A DNA stretch of 63,918 nt, filler included, from Octopus bimaculoides (Eukaryota), in the NCBI RefSeq assembly GCF_001194135.2. It is 7 parts of 6 records of this genome, joined end to end, with 100 filler letters (N's around TTAATTAATTAA, not from the genome) between each part and the next. Parts side by side here need not be neighbours in the genome. Positions count along the whole stretch, not along the records: positions 31,516 to 43,103 come from NC_068983.1; positions 43,204 to 48,406 come from NC_068983.1; positions 48,507 to 52,583 come from NC_069002.1; positions 52,684 to 58,079 come from NC_068997.1; 3 more parts are not named here. One strand, written 5' to 3'. The notes beneath the pieces are model-generated. The model made no database searches and was not told where the DNA came from. It saw only the letters and a list, made by a program, of their open reading frames with translations. Of the stretch, positions 39,766-52,714 are shown one piece after another (position 1 is the stretch's first letter; each line of letters opens with the position of its first letter). Made by a program: the position numbers and the translations under genes.

Positions 39766-40010
39766 ATATATATATATACATATATATATCTTTATATATA
39801 TATNNNNNNNNNNNNNNNNNNNNNNNNNNNNNNNNNNNNNNNNNNNNNNNNNNNNNNNNNNNNNNNNNNNNNNNNNNNNNNNNNNNNNNNNNNNNNNNNN
39901 NNNNNNNNNNNNNNNNNNNNNNNNNNNNNNNNNNNNNNNNNNNNNNNNNNNNNNNNNNNNNNNNNNNNNNNNNNNNNNNNNNNNNNNNNNNNNNNNNNNN
40001 NNNNNNNNNN

Positions 40011-40935
40011 AATTAGGGATTTCTTCCAGTATAAGGGAGATGAACGAAATGTAGAATGTGGTAGATTTTGATTAATTTATCATGGTTTGGTTTAGAAAGA
40101 ATAGTATGTTAGATTTTGTTCTATATTTTTTTCCTCTCAGTGAGGTGAATTTCCTTATTTAAAAGTGTTAGCAATTGTTAAGTTTGGGTTTATATTTTTG
40201 AATGAAGAAGGTTTCCTTATTTAATCTAATTTGTGTTGGTGTACTAATAGTACATTGATAGAATGGAAAGATTTTAAATAGTGGTAGCATTTGTTTTGCG
40301 CATTTCTCAATATGCTCACTAAAGGGTATCATTCGGTATTCTGGGCATGCAATCTGCTGTTGATGCAGAGTGCATCTACGTCTGAGTGTCAATCCTGTGG
40401 GCCCTATGTAATTTTCGTAGCAGCCCGAGCATCTTATTACATAAATAAGGTTTTCTGAGGCACAAGTAAAGTCAGATTTAACTTTGAATTTATGTCCCTC
40501 TTTGAAGAGGAATTCTGAACCTAATAGAAGGTTTGGACATGTTGCGCAATTTGGTCAACCACATTTTTTCACTTTTGCATCTGTTATTTTGGAAAATAAT
40601 TTTGCCTTTGTGAGGATCTTTTTCAGTGATTTTGGTTGTTTGTAGCTTTTAATGATTTTGTATGTGTGTAAAACTTCCTTTAATTTGGGGTCCTTATGTA
40701 GCATAGGTATGTTTTGGGTGATGATGGTGAAGGCTTCTTTGTTTCTGGGATTGTATGTGGATATGTATGGTAATATTTTCGGGGAAGGTATGTTGCTGTG
40801 TTTGACTTTTCTTAAGTTTTCTATGTCGATTTGTGATGCACGTCAGATTCCATCCTCTGTGAGCTGAACTGGGTAGTGTCTGTCAATTAGTGTGTTTTTG
40901 AGTTCTTGTAGTCTATAGTCTCTAGTATTTTGTAT
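40011..40935 (-). mobile_element. Penelope-like element, RT-thumb/linker plus GIY-YIG endonuclease pseudogene
   Basis: LPYISTYNP...KQPKSLKKILTKAK...VKKCG*PNCATC...FTCASENLIYVIRCSGCYENYIGPTGLTLRRRCTLH...RLNKETFFIQKYKPKLN. Confidence 0.9.
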
Positions 40936-40959
40936 TTTATTCTGACACTATTGTGCATA

Positions 40960-41789
40960 TCCTTCACAACACTGAAGATGACTAACTAGTCAAAAACAAA
41001 AGTGAGCACATCCCACACAAAGGAAGAAATAAAAATCTAGATGAATTCTGCAACCACATTGAGAACTTCCCTTACCACACCATGCATAAACAGACAGTTA
41101 ACTCAAACTTTAACACTACACAATGGAAGGAACTAATAGAACTTCAAAATAATTAAGATATTACGATTAAGGAAGCAGATAAAGGAAGTGCAGTTGTAAT
41201 AATGGACACATTATACTATAGAAATCTAGTCATCTCCATGCTTGATGACAATCAACACTATAAAAAAGTCACAAACTACACCCCACAAAAAATAATGAAA
41301 ACCCTGTCCTCACTAATTAAAACACATGGAAATGAACTGACAACCAAGGAGATTTTCTAACAAACTTCAAATGCAAGCCTAGCCTCTTCTATGGTCTGCC
41401 AAAAATACACAAAAGCCAGATTATGAATGAAACCATCAAAAAATCACCAAAGACGTAAATACATACACCAAACCCAGGGGATCTAAAACTGCGACCCATC
41501 ATAGCTGGCCCAGCCTGTGAAACACACAGACTAAGTCTATTTATGGACATCCTCCTAAAACCCTTCCTTAAACACATCAATAGCTATATCAGAGATGACT
41601 TGGATATGTTAAATCACCTCCCAAAGAAAGTCAAGGAAGAAACATCTACGCTCAGACGTAGATGCACTCTGCATCGACAGCAGATTGCATGCCCAGAATA
41701 CCGAATGATACCCTTTGGTGAGCATATTGAGAAATGCGCCAAACAAATACTACCACAATTTATAATCTTTCCATTCTATCAATGTGCCA
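40960..41789 (+). mobile_element. Penelope-like element, N-terminal RT region fused by deletion to the GIY-YIG C-terminus
   Basis: ITIKEADKGSAVVIMD...FYGLPKIHK...LRPIIAGPAC...DILLKPFLKHINSYIRD, then an abrupt switch near 41646 to TLRRRCTLHRQQIACPEYRMIPF. Confidence 0.88.
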
Positions 41790-41890
41790 TNNNNNNNNNN
41801 NNNNNNNNNNNNNNNNNNNNNNNNNNNNNNNNNNNNNNNNNNNNNNNNNNNNNNNNNNNNNNNNNNNNNNNNNNNNNNNNNNNNNNNNNN

Positions 41891-42650
41891 TGAAGGAAAT
41901 GTTCTCTATGTGGCCTGTCTGTTTTCCTGTGTGTTCCTATCGTACTCCGAAAAAAGTTTGTTTTCCGTGCTTTGTTTATATTCTCATTTTTCATTTTGTC
42001 CACTTTTTTGTGACGTCCTGTACCCAAATATGCATCTATATATACATGTACGTATATATGCATATACTCCCATATTATTTGTATTATTATATCATCGAAC
42101 GCACGCGTCCTTTTTGCAAGTAAGTTTTAACTTTATATTTCTGACGCGCACTCTATCTATCTTTGTATCTTTCTCCCCCTCTCGTTCTTCCTTCTGTTGT
42201 TCTTCGCCTCTCCCCTTCACTACTATATCTCTTTCTCACTCTTCCTCCCTGTCTCTCGTTGCTCACCTATGTTCAACTTCCTCCCCTTTTTTCTCTCTCT
42301 ACCACTCTTTCTCCTTATCCCTCGTTGATCACATGTGACCAGCGGCTACTGCTAAGGTTCCTGTCTTGGTGGCTGCCAAGCAAGCACAAACTATCCTCTC
42401 TCTTTCCCTCAAGTTCGTTAAATCATAGCGCTCAGTATATATATTGATATATATATATGCATACATATATATGTATATTTGTATTTATATATATGCATAT
42501 GTATATGTATATATGTAGATATATATATATATATATTCTTACGTATCTCACGTCTGTTTTCATTCCTCCACTTCACTCTGTATTTCATATCTTCTCTATA
42601 ATAACTATTACTTAAACATTTTCTCGCACCGTCTCTGATGAAGGGATATA
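41891..42650 (+). mobile_element. PLE terminal/UTR-like sequence with foldback-family arm and half hammerhead
   Basis: gtgacgtcctgtaccc at about 42011-42026 (same terminus as the 13457 and 39245 elements); CTGATGAAGGG at 42635 without the GAAA half. Confidence 0.5.
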
Positions 42651-42754
42651 TAGTAGCTTAACTATAGTCTGTTCATAGCACTTACTCAGCATTACCTGAT
42701 ACTTTTGGGTCTCCTTGACACCAATACATCTCATATCCAATATACATATCTATG

Positions 42755-42791
<37 letters not shown>

Positions 42792-43035
42792 TTGTTTAAA
42801 AGAGTTCCAACACTGTCTGTTTTTTATGTTTTATTTATATTCCTGCAGAACTAATGTGGGGTGTAGAATATGGAATATACAATATATGATATAATATACA
42901 ATATACAATATAAAATAAAATAAAATAAAAATGGATGGCACCATGAAAGAAAGTATTGAATGTAGATGAAATATTGAGTGTTCAATATAAAGGATCAAAT
43001 ATATAAATATATAAATATAAATATAAATATATAAA

Positions 43036-43075
43036 GGCGACTCGAGTTTCAGGGCTATTTCCCTTCGTCATGGCC
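43036..43075 (-). ncRNA. Putative minimal hammerhead ribozyme with palindromic helix III
   Basis: ggc C(A)TGACGA aggg-aaatag-ccct GAAA CTCGAG TC/gcc: perfect 4-bp stem II, 8-nt palindrome ACTCGAGT, 3-bp stem I; one extra A in the core. Confidence 0.6.
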
Positions 43076-43203
43076 GGTATGTATATATATATACATTTGT
43101 AAANNNNNNNNNNNNNNNNNNNNNNNNNNNNNNNNNNNNNNNNNNNNTTAATTAATTAANNNNNNNNNNNNNNNNNNNNNNNNNNNNNNNNNNNNNNNNN
43201 NNN

Positions 43204-43459
43204 AATGCACATTGAAAATCAAAAAGAAGGTAAGGCTTTTTATGAAAAGTAACGATACATATATACAATTAGATGAACTGAGGTAGGAATAAAGGTAATA
43301 AAAGTCATTATTGTGAGTTATTAAAGAGATTTACAAGCATACCGGTTTCATAATAATGCTAGTCATTGCTTTGAGTATACCTCAGTTCATCTAATTGTAT
43401 ATATGTATCGTTACTTTTCATAAAAAGCCTTACCTTCTTTTTGATTTTCAATGTGCATT
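43204..43459. repeat. Perfect 82-bp inverted repeat with 92-bp spacer at a contig edge
   Basis: 43204-43285 is the exact reverse complement of 43378-43459. Confidence 0.9.
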
Positions 43460-44159
43460 TTCTCTTATTTTTCTGCTTACTTTCCCCCTATATATATATA
43501 TATATATTATCCGAAATGTTGTATAGTATTAAATATCCACCATGGCTTGTCTTACCAATCAGTTTCGTGTAAAGAATACAATGGTGTGTTAGGTAACAAA
43601 TTGATTATGTTATAACTTTACGCTCATCAGAGTTAGCCGATATGGAAGGGACCTTCCTTTTCATAATATATAAATATAAATCAAGAAAAAGAAGAGAGGC
43701 AGAGTTTTGGGTATGTATTTAATATTCTCATCTTATTTCAGTGATTCGTCATGTGTGTGTGTATTTGAAGAAAGTTCATTCCAAAAGTAATTACTATTTT
43801 AATGAACTCTTTGAAAAAAAGAATTACACATGTTTTGTAATGAGGATTTTGCACACACAGACACACACACACATGAAAATTTCTATGTATGTATGTATGT
43901 ATTGGAAAAAAGATTTTCTCAAATTAAAAAATATAAATGGTATAGAAAAATCTTCAAAAAAAAAAGTGTGTGTGTGTGTGTGTGTGTGAATGAGTGTGTG
44001 TGTGTGTGAATGAGTGTGTTTGTTTTTGCCTCCTTGTCTTGACATAGGCAATTTAGTTGTAAATGAGTGCTCCTGTCATACAAACAGTGTTGTTCCTATC
44101 CAATATTCTACAAAATCAGGTCTGAACAAGAGAAAAAATTATTTTGTTTGGAAAAAACA

Positions 44160-44260
44160 GGTGAAGGCTGGTAGCAAGAAGGGCACCGAGCCATAAAAAA
44201 ATCTGCCTCAATCAATTCTGTCCAACCCATGCAAGCACAGAAAAGTGAACACTGAAAATT

Positions 44261-44297
<37 letters not shown>
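44160..44297 (+). mobile_element. RTE-type LINE/SINE 3' tail ending in (GAT)n
   Basis: ggctggtagcaagaagggcacc...cccatgcaagca...(gat)n; a similar tail on the minus strand at about 58310-58370. Confidence 0.55.
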
Positions 44298-44464
44298 CAA
44301 GAAAGACTGAGCCAATGAGCTTCCACGCAGTTCTCATCTACCAGATTTCACTCAACAATGCTTTGGTCAATGGGAGGTCACAGTAAAAGACAAATGCCTA
44401 TGATGACACGTAGTAAACTGTAATTCTGTTAGTTATAATGATGAAGAATAGTTGCTCATCTAAT

Positions 44465-44710
44465 TAACACACAAAGGACTGAGCACTCCACAGACACGGG
44501 TACCTCTTCACATAATTCACAGGGAGATTCAAAATGACACAGAGTGTGACAAGGCTGACCCTTTGAACTTCAGGTACAACTCATTTTAGCCAGCTGAGTG
44601 AAAAAACATAAAAGTAAAGTGTCTTGCTCAAGGAGACAAAGCACTGCCAGGAATTGAACTCACAACCTTACGATCATAAGCTGAATACCCAAACCATTAA
44701 GCCACATGCT
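44465..44710 (-). mobile_element. SINE family C
   Basis: Head gtggcttaatggtttggg...gtgagttcaattcc; core ccttgagcaagacacttt; gagcactccacagacac shared with 30930-30960. Confidence 0.7.
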
Positions 44711-44954
44711 TTCATGTGTCACATAGTAAGTTTGAACCTAAAACCTATAAGCTGAAGCCTTGAAATATTCATTAACAAATTGAGGTCTTATTAAAGCATA
44801 ATGCCACAAATTTATTGGAAACGAGGTTTTATGAATGTTTATGAAAGATGTGGATTGGCTTCAAAGGTTTATTTTTTTAATTTTAATTGGAAAGTGAAAA
44901 CATCTGGCAGACAGAGCTGAGAAGGGATTTACTTTTTATAGTAACAATATTCTT

Positions 44955-45165
44955 TTCTACTCTAGGCACAAGGCCTGAAATTTTGGGAGAGGAGGCCAGT
45001 CGATTAGCTCAACCCCAGTACACAACTGGTACTTAATTTATCAACCCCAAAAGGATGAAAGGCAAAATTGATCTCAGAGAAAATTGAACAAAGAATGTAA
45101 AGACACGAAATACCGCTAAGCATTTTGACCAGCCTGCTAATGTTTCTGTCAGCTTGCTGCCTTTT
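44955..45165 (-). mobile_element. SINE family B
   Basis: ggcacaaggcctgaaatt...actggtacttaatttatc...ggatgaaaggcaaa...aaataccgctaagcattt. Confidence 0.8.
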
Positions 45166-45484
45166 TTTTATAACAATATTCACTGTAGTGATAGGAGACA
45201 GAGGTAAATCACTGGAGAGGGCATTAACATACTGGCAAACTGGTTGTTATGTTGATTTTGCTTTTGATTTCGGTGTGCTGTACATGCATGACCTAGAAAG
45301 ATTCATTTGCTCGCGACTGCTATTTGATAGACAGAAACCTGTTGCATGTATATATATATATATGTATGTGACTGGGGACCACATGTGAACTTGCATTTCC
45401 ACTGAAACTCCAAACATGGACTTGGTGCTCAGAGTCAACTCAACTCAATCTATGCAATAACAAAATAAACAAATACACTGCAAT

Positions 45485-45870
45485 AGGCACAAGTGTAGCT
45501 ATGTGGTGAGAAGTTGGTTTCCCGATCACATGGTTCCAAGTTCAATCCCACTGCATGGCACCTAGGGCAAGTGTCATCTACTATAGCTTCAATCCAACCA
45601 AAGTCTTGTGAGTGGATTAAGTAGATGGAAACTGAAAGAAGCCTCTGTGTGTATGTGCCATTGTCTCTGTTTGCCCCCCTCCACCACTTGACAACTAGAG
45701 TTGGTTTATTCACATCTCCCTAATTTGGTGGTTTAGCAAAAGAGACCGGTACAATAAGTACCCAGTTTAAAAGGCAAAAAGTACTGGGGTGAATTCACTT
45801 GACTGAAAATTCTTCAAGGTGGTGCCCCAGCATGGCCATAGTCTAATGAGTGAAACAAGTAAAAGATAAA
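45485..45870. mobile_element. Two SINE family A fragments (minus head 45485-45645; plus 3' half 45650-45870)
   Basis: cctagggcaagtgtcatctactatagc core; ggtgccccagcatggcc...gaaacaagtaaaagataaa tail. Confidence 0.65.
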
Positions 45871-46636
45871 TATATCTTAACTTCTGTCTTTTGCTTTTTT
45901 GCTTCAGCTCCCACCACCACCACCACCATCACAACCACCACCTACATAAGAAACATAAATGAATTTCGCCACAGGTGTTTTTGAAGAGAGTAAAAAAAAA
46001 ATTATTTTTTTTTAAATAATAGATTTTTTAAACCTGCATATAAACTGCTATTCACTGTGGTCACATTAAGCAAACAATAGAAAAAAACCCCAACAAAATA
46101 AATGCTTTTCAGGTAATGGCCTATGTAACCTGCCAAAACACAGCTGACATTTGCACAGCTGTTCTCAGGTATGGTTTCTCAATTAACAGGTGAGAGGGTG
46201 AATGTGTGTGGGGGCAGGACTTTCGTGATATGATACAGTGGAATAAAAGCAAAATCTTATTTGACAAGTAAAAACAATCACTAACAATTACTTTTCACTC
46301 TGCAAATTGCTACCCCTATCCCTTCTCAACCATTCATTATGTCATCCATCAACCCTACCCAATTTCTTCAGTTTTCACCCACTCTTCCCTCCATATCATT
46401 TCCTAACACCTGTTCATCATATTCACCCCGTTCCCCATCTCTGACCGTCTCTCACTCTCCCCATACTCTTACAACCTTTCCACACTCCCCATTCTCCTGT
46501 CTTTACTCACTTCTGCTCACCTTGTACCTTGAGGGTCCAGCTTGATATTTTATCCCCCTATTTTCAGTCCTTCCCAGCTCCTCACTCCTCGCTGCTCTTT
46601 CTCATTTTTCCTCTGTAATGAGAGTATTCATTCGTG

Positions 46637-47700
46637 TATTGGATCATCCCATAAATAATGCAGTCTTTTTTATACTTCTTTTATTTTTCAAAATTAAGAT
46701 AAACAAAGTTCTTTTTTAATCTAAAATATACTCTCCTTCATTTTTCTACAATGCTCTTCCATCTTTCTGGTAGACGTGCAAGGCCCCTCTTCCAAAATTC
46801 ACTCATCTGTCACAAAAAATACTGTTCTGACCTCATTATAGAAGTCATATTTTTTCCAACCAAATGATTTTGAAGACTGCGGAATAATCAGACAGGGCAG
46901 TGTCCACCAAATTTGGTGGATGGGGAATCATTTCCCATTCAAACTGCTCCAGCCTTTGGAATGTCATCCTTGTTGTATGTGGCCAAGCATTATCCTGATG
47001 GAAGAACACCTTTCGTCTTGAAACCAAAGATGGTTGTTTTTCTTCTAGTGCTGACTTAAGCTGCTCAAAGTAGGTTATCATTTGGTTTGGGTTTAAAAGT
47101 TCAAAGTGGACTAAACCTTTCCTATCCCACCAAACAAATAACAACGCCTTACATGGGTGAAGGCCTCCTTTCCCTACCACCGTCTTCAGTACTTGACATT
47201 TTGATAGAGAACCCATTTCTCATCACCAGTTACTATTAGGTCCAAAAAAGGTTGATCTGTGAGACATGACAGCAAAGAAGAGCACACATTCACTCTCTGC
47301 ATGCAATTAGACTCAGAAAGTTTGTGAGGAACCCATTGACCCAATTTGCTGACTTTTCTAATGGCATGCAGGTGTTGATGAATGGTTGAATGACCAAACC
47401 CAAGCTTTTCTGCTATTTCCTCAACAGTTATGATGGGATTGTTTTCCACCAGGGTTTGCAGGATGTCCTTGTCAAGGTCTACAGATCTTCCAGGAGGAGG
47501 CTTGTCTTCCAGGCTGTAGTTTCTGACTTGGAATTTCTGGAACCACTGTTGACACTGATTTACGCTTAATGTCTAATCTCCATATACAGCATTAATATTC
47601 TTCACACTTTCTGTTGCGTTGTTGCTTTTATTGAACTCATAAAACAAAGTATGCCAAATATGATCCTTTGTCACATCCATTATAGCTTTAAAAAAATAAC
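46637..47700 (-). mobile_element. mariner (DD34D) transposase pseudogene
   Basis: ATG at 47680: MDVTKDHIWHTLFYEF...QWFQKF...LEDKP..GR...WVPHKL...IVTGDEKW...VWWD..G..HFELL...HQDNAWPH...HPP..DTALSDY (34-aa D2-D3 spacing); TIR-like tattggatcatcccataaataatgc at about 46638. Confidence 0.92.
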
Positions 47701-48359
47701 TGTTAAAATCAAACTCCACTCTTAAAAACTTGCACTAAGAATAAGTACAAGGTAAAATTACTACCTGCTTTATAGCAAGTTGATGCAGGTAGTTTATCCC
47801 ATCCTCCTCTGACTGTTAGTTCATGCAATCTAGCAACAATCATGTTTTTGCCCTTTTCTCATACTTTAACCATCATCTCCAAGCATAAAGCTGCCTTCCT
47901 CCTTACTGTAGCACCATTTAGTGAAAGGGGATCTTAATCTTGCAAGCTGCATGACAACCTCACTGGCGTGGGTGCCATGAAAAATGCACCCAATACACTC
48001 CAATAGTTTTGTTAGGCTGATTAGCATAGGTAGCGTCTCTAGTTAATGGACCAATGAATGGATGGATGGAAGCTACTTTGCTTAGGTTCAAGTCTTTTAC
48101 AGCTGATCTTAAATGCCAGAGAGAAATGCATCTGGGTACATTTCAAAGATGTCAGAGAATGCTTTGATCAAGTTTTATGGAGGTTTTGGGAAATAGTGGT
48201 ACAATTGTATTGTTACACCTCATACACTTCCAAATATTTATTAAAAAAACATTCAACTGTTTTTATACATAATAATACACTATATCAGTTTTACAGAGAG
48301 TTCACCACAACAGTCACAACATTTTAGTTATTCTCTCTATATAAGTCTCTCTCTCTCTT

Positions 48360-48406
<47 letters not shown>

Positions 48407-48506
48407 NNNNNNNNNNNNNNNNNNNNNNNNNNNNNNNNNNNNNNNNNNNNTTAATTAATTAANNNNNNNNNNNNNNNNNNNNNNNNNNNNNNNNNNNNNN
48501 NNNNNN

Positions 48507-48590
48507 CTTGGGTAAGTGTCTTCTACTATAGCCTCGACCCCACCAAAGCCTTGTGAGTAGATTTCGTAGACAGATACTAAAAGAAGCCCA

Positions 48591-48652
<62 letters not shown>

Positions 48653-48730
48653 GCACACACACGCACACACATATATGTATGTATGAGTTTGTGTGTCTGC
48701 GTTTGTCTCTCCAACATCGCTTGACAACCG
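48507..48730 (+). mobile_element. SINE family A fragment
   Basis: cttgggtaagtgtcttctactatagcctcg...aaagccttgtgagt...(CA)n...catcgcttgacaaccg. Confidence 0.8.
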
Positions 48731-49042
48731 AAATATAATACTAACTTCGTCAACGAAGAATACAGTTTTGGTGTCTTTTTCGCACAAGTGACGAGAGAAC
48801 CACTTAAACCTAATCGACTGGACAATAATATGCAAGTAAAATTTGCATATTTAATGAATAAATTAATGAGAAAAATATAAATTCTATCCTCTCATTCACT
48901 TTTTGTTTTTGCGTGATATATTTATTCAGTCTACATTAATCAATGTGGTTTTCCTTCGTTTAGACAATAGTCTGCTTTAAGTGAGATTTGACTTGTATTT
49001 CTAGCAAACGGAACAGCCATATATTGACTTCCCTTATTATTA

Positions 49043-49215
49043 AGGCAACAAGATGGCAGAATCATTAACACACCGGACAAAATGCTGAGCCGAGGTCGAC
49101 TTTGCCTTTCAGCCATTCGGCGTCCATAAAATAAGTACAAGCCGTACACTGGACTGGATGTCATCGACTTGCCCTCCTCTTCAGAAGTTGTTGGTTTTTC
49201 GTTGAAATTTGAAAC

Positions 49216-49217
<2 letters not shown>
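49043..49217 (+). mobile_element. SINE family B, internally deleted
   Basis: atggcagaatcatt...aaaatgct...gaggtcgactttgcctttc...aaaataagtac. Confidence 0.7.
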
Positions 49218-49291
<74 letters not shown>

Positions 49292-49292
49292 G

Positions 49293-49770
49293 TGTGAGAG
49301 AGCAGTGCATGGTATTAAAGTGACACTAGGGTAAAAATATACGAAGCCCAGTATACCCATCATGACTACCCGTCTGATAAGGGTACACCAGGCACATGCA
49401 TCCCAACCATATATGAACGAAATGGCAATCTCATATCAAGATAAATAGCGCATGACCTCGCAGGTGGGGGCCCAGTTAGAGTAGCCCATCTTGCTCACAA
49501 GGTCCCTGAATAAGGTTTGTTTAAGCATGTTGAACAAAACACCCAGTTTTTCCAAAGGTGAATTATTCAAACCCCAAAGAATTCCTCTCAACACATGGTT
49601 ATGATGCCCCCCCCCCTTACTTCTGCTCATGATCAGAGATGCCCATATTGCCAGCCACCAAGGGACATGCTCAACTGGTTAAAGTCAAACAACTGACAAG
49701 CAAATCTGTGGTATTGAGCAGAATATTTGCTGTAGCCATCTTTTATACCAAGACAAAACAATGTACATGG
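49293..49770. repeat. Unclassified probable interspersed repeat flanked by (ATT)n tracts
   Basis: Higher-GC block bounded on both sides by (att)n; no recognisable ORF; family not assignable from the window. Confidence 0.4.
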
Positions 49771-49790
49771 TATTATTATTATTATTATTA

Positions 49791-49845
<55 letters not shown>

Positions 49846-50811
49846 AGCTGAGCCTATTTATGTATTTGGAACTCTGTACTTTTACTGCTGGAATATACTA
49901 AAAAATGGCAAGCGTCCCCAACGTAAACATCACTGTTAAGTATGGCCGTACTTGGTCCGATTCTAGAACCCTCGCCACCAACAAGAACAACAATAAAAAC
50001 CTGACAGAGATTGATGACTGGATGAGATAAGATATGATACGCGTTTTTTTTCATTTATTCTTTGTATTTTCACTGTGAGAATGTCGATCGAACTTGTTGA
50101 TTTTCCCCCAATCATTGCCTAAAAATTGAAAGAAGACGACGTAACAGAAGGGTTGGTGCTGGAAAACATTTAATGGGTTGAAGTGTGAAGTGGGTTGGGA
50201 GTTAGATAAGTTGATGATTGGACGTGTGAGCGGTTGGTTGGTTGGTTAGCTGGTTGGTTGGTTGAAGAAAGTAAATTCCTGAAACAGCAGGAAATCTTGA
50301 AAGATTCTGCGTCGAATGACAGCAACGAAATTAACAAATTTCGTTCGCCATTTTTCTCAAGCTTCCTTCACAGTCGTCACTCAGTGTTTGCAAGACTATT
50401 TTTGAGACGTAGCACTTGTTTCAATTTCGTCGCATCTGTGTAATATTAGGAAAGGAAAAACACAAACAACAACAACAGCAACAACATCAATGACGACAAC
50501 TACAGAATTACAAAATTCGAAGAAAACAAAGACAAAAATTAGCAAACAAGCAGCCAAAAAAAAACAACAACAAAGAACAAAAACGGCAACGACAAGTAAA
50601 ACCACCAACAAAACACCATAAATAAACAAACTTCGGTTGTGAGAGTTTTCTATGCATCGTTGTTAGATTAGTATCGTTAAAATAGAAATAATATCTCTAG
50701 AGACGCCACAGGGACACATTCCAAACGTGTGCTTTAAATTTCTAGTTTCTGTTAAAGGATCATTCATCTTGTTTTGCGTGTTTTGTATTTATATATATTT
50801 CTTTAATGTAC

Positions 50812-50851
<40 letters not shown>

Positions 50852-51077
50852 CGTTATTGTTGTTGTTGTTTATTCTGTGTTCTATTCTTTTTTTTTTTCT
50901 AATTTTCGTCTCAGAGATGGTGAGTGCCTTCCTTGCTTTTCTCACTTTGCACTTTACTTTGTAATGTGATTGTGACACTCCTAACAAACAGACATGCTGA
51001 TTAAATTAAAGCATGAGCTTCAATGTATGTATGTGTGTGTGTGAGTGTTTATGTTAGCATATACATAAATATATATA

Positions 51078-51133
<56 letters not shown>

Positions 51134-51348
51134 TACACATGTATGCGAATATTTATATGTATATGTATATATGTATGTAAATATGTAAACATACTAACAC
51201 ACACACACGGACACACACACAACACACACACACACACACATATGTATGCGTTTGTGTATGTCTCTGCATAGTAAAATATACCATGACTTCACTGATATAT
51301 GTATATAACATGCATATATATATGTGTGTATGTGTGTATATATATATG

Positions 51349-51380
<32 letters not shown>

Positions 51381-51424
51381 TTCTTTTTATTCTTTTATAC
51401 ATACATATATATATAGATATATAC

Positions 51425-51455
<31 letters not shown>

Positions 51456-51949
51456 TATATATTCATGTATGTATGTATTTATATATATATATACATACAC
51501 ACACTCATGTATGTTACCAATGACAAGATGAGAAGTTCCCGCCTTCGCTGTCAACAGTATCCTAATTGACATGTATACAGAATTAGATTAAAAATAAGGA
51601 TGTTCTTTTACAGATAGCTGTCATATGGCCGGGACCATGCTGGGGCAAAGACTCCACTGTGTGTGACAGAAAAGACTATCGTCCCATCACTTGTTATTGT
51701 TGTATGTTGTATTATTGTTATTGTAATCTGTGCGAGTAACCGTTAAACTATGAGAGTGTGAAAAACAAAGATATATTTACAAAATATACACTTGTCTTTG
51801 ACCGAAAAGCAAAATATACTCTTCTTTTAGACCGAGGTATACCGAAACACAGAGATCTACGTATGTTAATACTCACACAGATATACTCACATCATTCGAT
51901 AAGTATCTGTATACGTAAATTCTTACACACATACATGCACATATCTGTA

Positions 51950-52012
<63 letters not shown>

Positions 52013-52121
52013 NNNNNNNNNNNNNATATATATACCTGTATATATACACGTATATCTTCATAACACGTATATTGTATATATGTATATATGTGCACACACA
52101 CACATACACGGACACACACAT

Positions 52122-52157
<36 letters not shown>

Positions 52158-52450
52158 ACACACACACACACACACATACATGTGTACATGTATGGAACAA
52201 TGTAACTTTGTATCGCAAAGGCAGATCAACCGTTGCCCGAGGCATTTTCGAATTCTGACGAAATGTGTTTAAACAAAAACAAGAGGAACATCATCATCAT
52301 CATCATCAACAGCAACCAACAACAACAACGACAAGAAAAACAACACGATAAGCTGTAGTGCAAGAATTAGCGGAAATTCGCTGTGACAATTCTTATTATA
52401 CAATTACGAACGGGTGAGATTTCCCAGAATTTTTGCATGGCGTTTCACGA

Positions 52451-52485
<35 letters not shown>

Positions 52486-52516
52486 ATTATTATTATTATT
52501 GTAATTGTTGTTGTTG

Positions 52517-52583
<67 letters not shown>

Positions 52584-52683
52584 NNNNNNNNNNNNNNNNN
52601 NNNNNNNNNNNNNNNNNNNNNNNNNNNTTAATTAATTAANNNNNNNNNNNNNNNNNNNNNNNNNNNNNNNNNNNNNNNNNNNN

Positions 52684-52714
<31 letters not shown>

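Noticed and set aside
49854-50054. IVVLVGGEGSRIGP resembling a nucleotidyltransferase GGxGxR loop
   Set aside because: The short motif arises partly from (ttg)n low complexity; no downstream family residues or partner exons found.
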